A stretch of DNA of 64,000 bases, taken from Eledone cirrhosa. Lineage: Eukaryota. The stretch spans positions 358,856,001 to 358,920,000 of the forward strand of contig OZ024742.1 of the NCBI GenBank assembly GCA_964016885.1, in the 5' to 3' direction. The translations under genes and the position numbers were made by a program. This document shows positions 58,090-64,000 of this stretch, in pieces. The notes beneath the pieces were generated by a model. That model was not told where the DNA came from. It worked only from the letters and a program-made list of their open reading frames with translations, and did no database searches. Each line of letters starts with the position of its first letter. The first letter of the stretch is position 1.

Positions 58090-60111
58090 TTAAATTTTCT
58101 TATTCCACCACTTCCAACATCTCTAACATTATCTCTAAACACAATAATAAAATATTAAATAATAAATTACATCCTTCCAACACTGAGCGTCATAATAATA
58201 GCAGTAGTATACCCGACGTCATTGTTAACTCTAGGCTAGATTCTGTAAATTTAAATACGACGTCAAACGTAACTTCGTTGAATGTTCATAATACCAATCT
58301 AAATCAGGAAACTATTGTTCCTATCGTAAATAACTTCTCCAATCCAATTCCTTCTATAAATAATACTAGCACACTTGATAATAACTCTGTTAATTTCTCT
58401 AATCGTAATTGTAATTTCCCTATTAAAACTAAATGTCCTCTTAATAACCATTGTCTTGATAAAAACTTAGTCTATGAATGTAAGGTTATAACTGATACTA
58501 ATTCTTTTACCTATTTCGGTTCCACTTCCACTTCCTTCAAAGCTAGATTTTATAATCACAAATCGTCTTTTAAATACCAACTCGGCATTCTCGGAACTCA
58601 TATGGTCCTTAAAAGAAAAAAATATTAACTATAACATCTCTTGGAGGAAGGTTTGTTCCACATTTCTTTACCTGAGTTCTTCCCTATCCAGAAAATTTAA
58701 TCTCTGCTTAGCCGAGAAATTTACCATTATATCTAATTTCAATTCTATAATAAATAGACGCTCAGATTTATTTTCGCTCTGCTTGCATAAATCCCATAGA
58801 ACATTCCATAAAGTATACAGCTAATACCTCAATACCTTATTAGTTTAAAATCCTCTTTTCTCAAAGGCTTATATATCTTTTACAAATATACCCATCTTTC
58901 TACCTTATTTCAGTATTATATATTATATAATACAATTTACTCATTCTATGTCATTCTTCTTTATCATTTCCTTTCTTCCTTTTTTCTTTTTTAATTTCTA
59001 ATCTCTAATCTGTACTTTTTCTTCCCAATTACTTCTCAATACATATTATTACTCGTAACAGCATTATCCATTCTTCCATCTTTCCTCATATTATTGGCCA
59101 TTAAAACTATTTTTTTTAATACATTATAATATTACCATTAGAAGTTTTTCGTAAACATATAAACTTTTTGACGTTAGATATTTTTTCTTCCTTAAATTTT
59201 TCTTCTCTCTTCTCTCCTTCCATCCTCGTTTTAAACCTACTACTTACTTTTACTTTTACATATTACAATACATAAAAACAAACATAAACCCTAACTAATT
59301 TCTTTTTAATATATTATAATATTACCATTAGAAAATATTTCGTAAACATACATACTTTTTGACGTTAGATATTTCTTCCTTAAGCATTCTTTTTTCTTCT
59401 CTCCTTCCGCGCTCATTTTAAACATACTATTTACGTATAAATATTACAATACTATTTACGTGTACATATTACAATACTATTTCCGTATACATATTACAAT
59501 ATATAAAAACAAACTTAAACCCAAACTAATTCCTCTAAATTCATAACTCATTTATTCTTCTCCTGCTTTTCACATTATATCCTTAATATCATTAATATTA
59601 TTATTTTAATAATACATATTGATAAATTATTTTCCTTCGCACATATTATTAAACCCTTCAATATGCAAACCATAATTTAATACTATTCTTAATTCCTTTT
59701 TCTTCATGCATAAACCTCATTAACTTTTAATTTCAAAATCTTTTAAATTATCTATTATCTTCCAACGGTTTTTTAAATTCCTCTCTGTGAGACAATATTT
59801 TCTCAGTTGTAAAGGCTATCTCTCTCTCTCTATCACCCATTTCTCCTCCTCTCCCATCCTTCCTTCTTATACTCCACCCCCACCATCCTTTACTCTTATT
59901 TCTTTCCCTTCCTTACCTTTTCCAACATACATCCATCATAATTTATTTTTTATATGTTGATTTAAAACTTCACTGCTCACAAGTGTTTTTTAAGCTTCAT
60001 ATCATGTCTCCCTATTTTATCTGATGAGAACGCAGATATCATCCCATGATGATATTTGTTTTTGAAATGCGCATAATAAAATACTTGGAACTCTTTTAAC
60101 CATCTTTTGAT

Positions 60112-60116
<5 letters not shown>
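58090..60116 (+). mobile_element. inverted duplicate of the 3' 2 kb of the Naiad-type element
   Basis: Reverse complement of ~54503-56530 with independent indels. Confidence 0.9.
60013..60083 (+). ncRNA. type-I hammerhead ribozyme in the PLE 3' terminal repeat
   Basis: tattttat-CTGATGA-gaac gcagatatcatc..atgatatttgt tttt-GAAA-TGCGCA-TA-ataaaata. Confidence 0.85.
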
Positions 60117-60185
<69 letters not shown>

Positions 60186-60868
60186 TAAAGTCGTCCTTCA
60201 TCAGTGATCTTCCAACCATGACCGGTATTTCAACGCTTGGTGCGAGCAACGGCTAAAGAAAATCGTTGAGACACGTAAATAAAGGGAACAGCGATAGTGT
60301 AAACAAACAAAGATGGTGAAGCAACGAAAAATGAGGAAGAACGAGTCAAGCCCAAATTTCCATGAATATAAGATCGGTGAAATCGTGAACGAGAGAGAAT
60401 AAATACCATCAAACCTGGTTGAAATGTGAGCAAGGAAGGAATTCCGCACAGGACTAACGGGAGGAAGGATGAGTCTAGTCCGTGAATTCGGTGAATATAA
60501 GTTCTGTGAAAACGTAAACGAGAGAGAGAAAAAAGGCGAACCGGCCTGGCCAAGCGTGCGAAATAATTAGTAATAATAATAAATATGAAGACTAAAATAC
60601 AAAGAGTGCTCGATAAGGATAAATATATATCATATGTATAAAAACCCTAGAACAAATATTGTTCTCATTGCTGGCGTATTATCTTCGTTATTTTCCCTTT
60701 CATTGCCAGTAAACGCCTTCGCGATTCAAATTATCGTCTTCCTGGTTTCCTTCGGTTGCAACGTTTTTCGAAATATTTACTTTTGCATTAACAGATTGAT
60801 TTTTTTAGTTTTAGAAGATCCCGTTAAGAGTGAAAGCAACGATTCTTTGCTTAAACTTTAATATGTTA

Positions 60869-60950
<82 letters not shown>

Positions 60951-61318
60951 TATATTTGTGTACAGATATTTTTCCTTACACAAAAACAAAATATAAACAA
61001 ACGTATTTATTTCACGAAAGCACAGACGATTTATGGTCATTGTCACCGCGATATGCCACCCAGAAAGACAGAGGTGTGAATTAAATATATGAAATAATTA
61101 TGAATATTCGCATACACTCACGCACACAATCTCTCTCTCTATCTCTCTCCCTCTCTCTCTCCTTCTCTCTCTCCCCCTCTCTCTGTCCCTCACTTAAAGA
61201 CACACAGACGCACTCATACACACACACACATATATATATACATATATATATACAGAGAGAGAGTGAGGCAAAGACATAAATACATATATGAGCATTGCAA
61301 TTGTTTACATGTCTGTCT

Positions 61319-61354
<36 letters not shown>

Positions 61355-61664
61355 CATCGTCGTCATCGTCATTTTACGTCCGCTTTTCCCTGCTTGCAGT
61401 GGGACGGAACTGATTCTGGCTTGATTTCTACAGCTGGATGCCCTTCCTAACACCAACCTCATATACAGTGAGTGGTGGGTGTTTTTTTTGCCGCGGCGTC
61501 TCCACGTCCACTTTGCAGTCCCTATTGTGTAAACTGGAGCAATGTGAAATAAAGTGTCTTGCTCAAGGAAACAACACATCACCCGGTCTGAGAATTGAAC
61601 TCACAACCTTTCGATTGCAAGACCAATGCTCTAACCAATGCTCTAACCACTAAGCCATGTGCCT

Positions 61665-61667
<3 letters not shown>
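61355..61667 (-). mobile_element. CORE-type SINE with RTE-like tail
   Basis: Reverse complement GGAGGCACATGGCTTAGTGGTTAGAGC...core...(GAT)n. Confidence 0.85.
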
Positions 61668-61695
<28 letters not shown>

Positions 61696-61699
<4 letters not shown>

Positions 61700-61749
61700 A
61701 GTATGTATGTATACGTACATACATATATGTATACAGACGTACAGTAGCA

Positions 61750-61828
<79 letters not shown>

Positions 61829-62596
61829 GCATACAGGTACACATACATATATGCACGCATCAGTTTGGCCGACGTTTATTATAACGCAGCTTTGTTCGCT
61901 TGTTTGTCAACAAACCGAACAGCCTGAATTTATGCCATACGGTGTTAAGGCAACCACGTCACCTTTTTGTTCAACACTGACACAGGAACGATGTACTAGT
62001 TTCAAGCTTGTTAGCTATCATCAGCACCGTTTACCCATCTGCCAGATAGTTGAACGTTCGAAAGTATATACTTTCCTTATGAAAATTAACGGCTGAGCAG
62101 CCTAATTTGCATATTGAGTGAGTTAAATCGGTCAGGCATACCGAAAACGACAAGTTGAAAAAAAAATGAAAACGAAATTTCATTTCTCACTCTTAGTATG
62201 GCACTTACTTAAATGTAAGTATGTATGTATACGTACATACATATATGTATACAGACGTACATTTTTTCAACTTGTCGTTTTCGGTATGCCTGACCGATTT
62301 AACTCACTCAATATGCAAATTAGGCTGCTCAGCCGTTAATTTTCATAAGGAAAGTATATACTTTCGAACGTTCAACTATCTGGCAGATGGGTAAACGGTG
62401 CTGATGATAGCTAACAAGCTTGAAACTAGTACATCGTTCCTGTGTCAGTGTTGAACAAAAAGGTGACGTGGTTGCCTTAACACCGTATGGCATAAATTCA
62501 GGCTGTTCGGTTTGTTGACAAACAAGCGAACAAAGCCGCGTTATAATAAACGTCGGCTAAACTGATGCGTGCATATATGTATGTGTACCTGTATGC

Positions 62597-62657
<61 letters not shown>

Positions 62658-62772
62658 TGCTACTGTACGTCTGTAAACATATATGTATGTACGTATACAT
62701 ACATACTTACATTTAAGTAAGTGCCATACTAAGAGTGAGAAATGAAATTTCGTTTTCATTTTTTTTCAACTT
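61696..62772. mobile_element. fold-back of two longer-than-unit ~500-nt non-coding monomers (retrozyme-like)
   Basis: Left arm repeats 61696-61742 at 62214-62260; right arm repeats its start (ATTTTTTCAACTT) at ~62760-62772. Confidence 0.8.
62394..62438 (+). ncRNA. type-I hammerhead motif (identical mirror copy - 61987-62031)
   Basis: aacggtg-CTGATGA-t agct aaca agct t-GAAA-CTAG-TA-catcgtt. Confidence 0.85.
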
Positions 62773-62942
62773 ATATATATATGAGGAGGTTATAGTTCAC
62801 TTGAAGCATTGTGTAATGAGGTATAAACGTTTGAATATGTGTAATAAGGCCAAGACAATGCAGGTATGGACATAGAAAAAAGAATGCAATAGTGAAAGAT
62901 ATTGATGTGAATTCGTCTTTCACCTTGAATTTATTTAAATGT

Positions 62943-62977
62943 CCTTAATTTTCGAGATAATATCTCTTCTTCGGAGG
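62943..62977 (-). ncRNA. minimal hammerhead-like motif (U4C) in the 3' UTR of the terminal PLE
   Basis: Reverse complement: cct-CCGAAGA-a gaga tatta tctc-GAAA-AT-TA-agg, followed by AATAAA. Confidence 0.5.
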
Positions 62978-63388
62978 GAAGTAAAGGTCTCAAACCAGCG
63001 TCTTTAAATCTCTAGCCAAGCCATGCTGACCGGAAATAGTATAGAGTATCTGTTCTAACTCTAATATCAAAGAATTAAAATTAGGTGGATAAAGAGTAGT
63101 CTCCCTTTAAGAGGGGTTTGTTTAGGGTTTTTTTAATTATTTTTTTTATTTTATTTTATATACGTGCCTGTATATGTGTGTGGGAGAATGCATGAAGGTG
63201 TAGGTATGTGGGTGTGTGTGTGTGAGTGTGGGAAGATAGGTCTAATCGTAAAAGTGGGGGGTAGGTGTTATCTGGTGTTAGAACTGGTTTTGTGTGTGTA
63301 TGTGTGAGAGAGAATAAGTGGAGGTGTAAGCGTGTGTGTGTGCGCGTGCGTGTGTGTGGGGCGTGTAAAAATGGGGCTAGAGGCCCTA

Positions 63389-64000
63389 TCAGGTTATAAA
63401 TTGGGTGTTGAGCTCTAGTCTATTATTGATTGGTGGATGTGTTCTATCTATAATAAGTGCTTCCTTAATTCTAAGATTGCCGAGGTTTCTTTCCTTAGTT
63501 TCTATCCTAACTGTTATGTTTTTATCGGTGTTTTTGCATTTAACTAGGTGTTTCTTAAATGAGGAAGCGTTAGTATTGAGGTGTTCTTTTATTCTTATGT
63601 GGTGTGGTCTGGTGGTGCTACCTACGTAGAAGTTGTTGCATTTGTCACACTCTAGTCTGTATACTACGTAAGCCTGGTGGCATAGGTCTGTGTCGTTGAT
63701 GGGGCAGTTGGCTAGTCTGCAGCAGTTGTCATGTCTGGTGGAGTGTCTCTTAGCCAGCCGTCCGCGCAGAGAAGGACCCGAGTGGGCCAGTTGGATATCC
63801 AGTCCCTCTCGTCTGATGGCTCTGCGGATGGCTGTTGTTGTTTCTTCACTGAAGTGTGGGAGCTTCAGGAAGCAAGTGTTAGTGCCTCGGGTGTGGTGTC
63901 CTCTGTTCTTTCTGGCACGGTTTGTGGTGGATGTCGTGTATCCGTTCAGTTTGAGTACTTCCAGGAAATGTGTGGTGTGTGTGTCTCGGTCTCTGGCGTC
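63389..64000 (-). CDS. PLE ORF C-terminus: RT thumb/linker plus GIY-YIG endonuclease, open, runs off the window
   Basis: Own translation, 203 sense codons then TGA: LKLNGY, LKLPHFSE, VVYRLECDKCNNFYVGSTTR...RIKEH, LRIKEALII...PPINNR. Confidence 0.9.
   Translation of the reverse strand, partial: DARDRDTHTTHFLEVLKLNGYTTSTTNRARKNRGHHTRGTNTCFLKLPHFSEETTTAIRRAIRREGLDIQLAHSGPSLRGRLAKRHSTRHDNCCRLANCPINDTDLCHQAYVVYRLECDKCNNFYVGSTTRPHHIRIKEHLNTNASSFKKHLVKCKNTDKNITVRIETKERNLGNLRIKEALIIDRTHPPINNRLELNTQFIT

Noticed and set aside
60807-60857. Hammerhead-like fold agttt-TAGAAGA...GAAA-GCAA/TTGC-TT-aaact
   Set aside because: Two core substitutions and a weak stem II; counted only as a possible relic.

Overview
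Eukaryotic, AT-rich, repeat-saturated DNA; the SINE families resemble those of octopod cephalopods (inference). Bases 1-8786 are the 3' part of a giant Thr-rich, mucin-like tandem-repeat coding exon with five frameshifts and no canonical donor at its end. The remaining ~55 kb is probably intronic or intergenic: (TA)n/(CA)n microsatellites, two tRNA-derived SINE types, RTE LINE fragments, two Tc1/mariner relics, mini-Helitrons and several Penelope-like elements (PLEs; RT plus GIY-YIG). Main observation: read by eye, the region holds about 30 type-I hammerhead-ribozyme (HHR) motifs (roughly half with intact-looking cores) from about 15 sequence families. Most sit in tails-outward fold-back insertions flanked by (TA)n. 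Two non-coding ~0.5-0.6 kb units are longer than one monomer and look like retrozymes copied from circular or tandem RNA. All calls are by eye; no searches or folding programs were run, and repeat boundaries are approximate.
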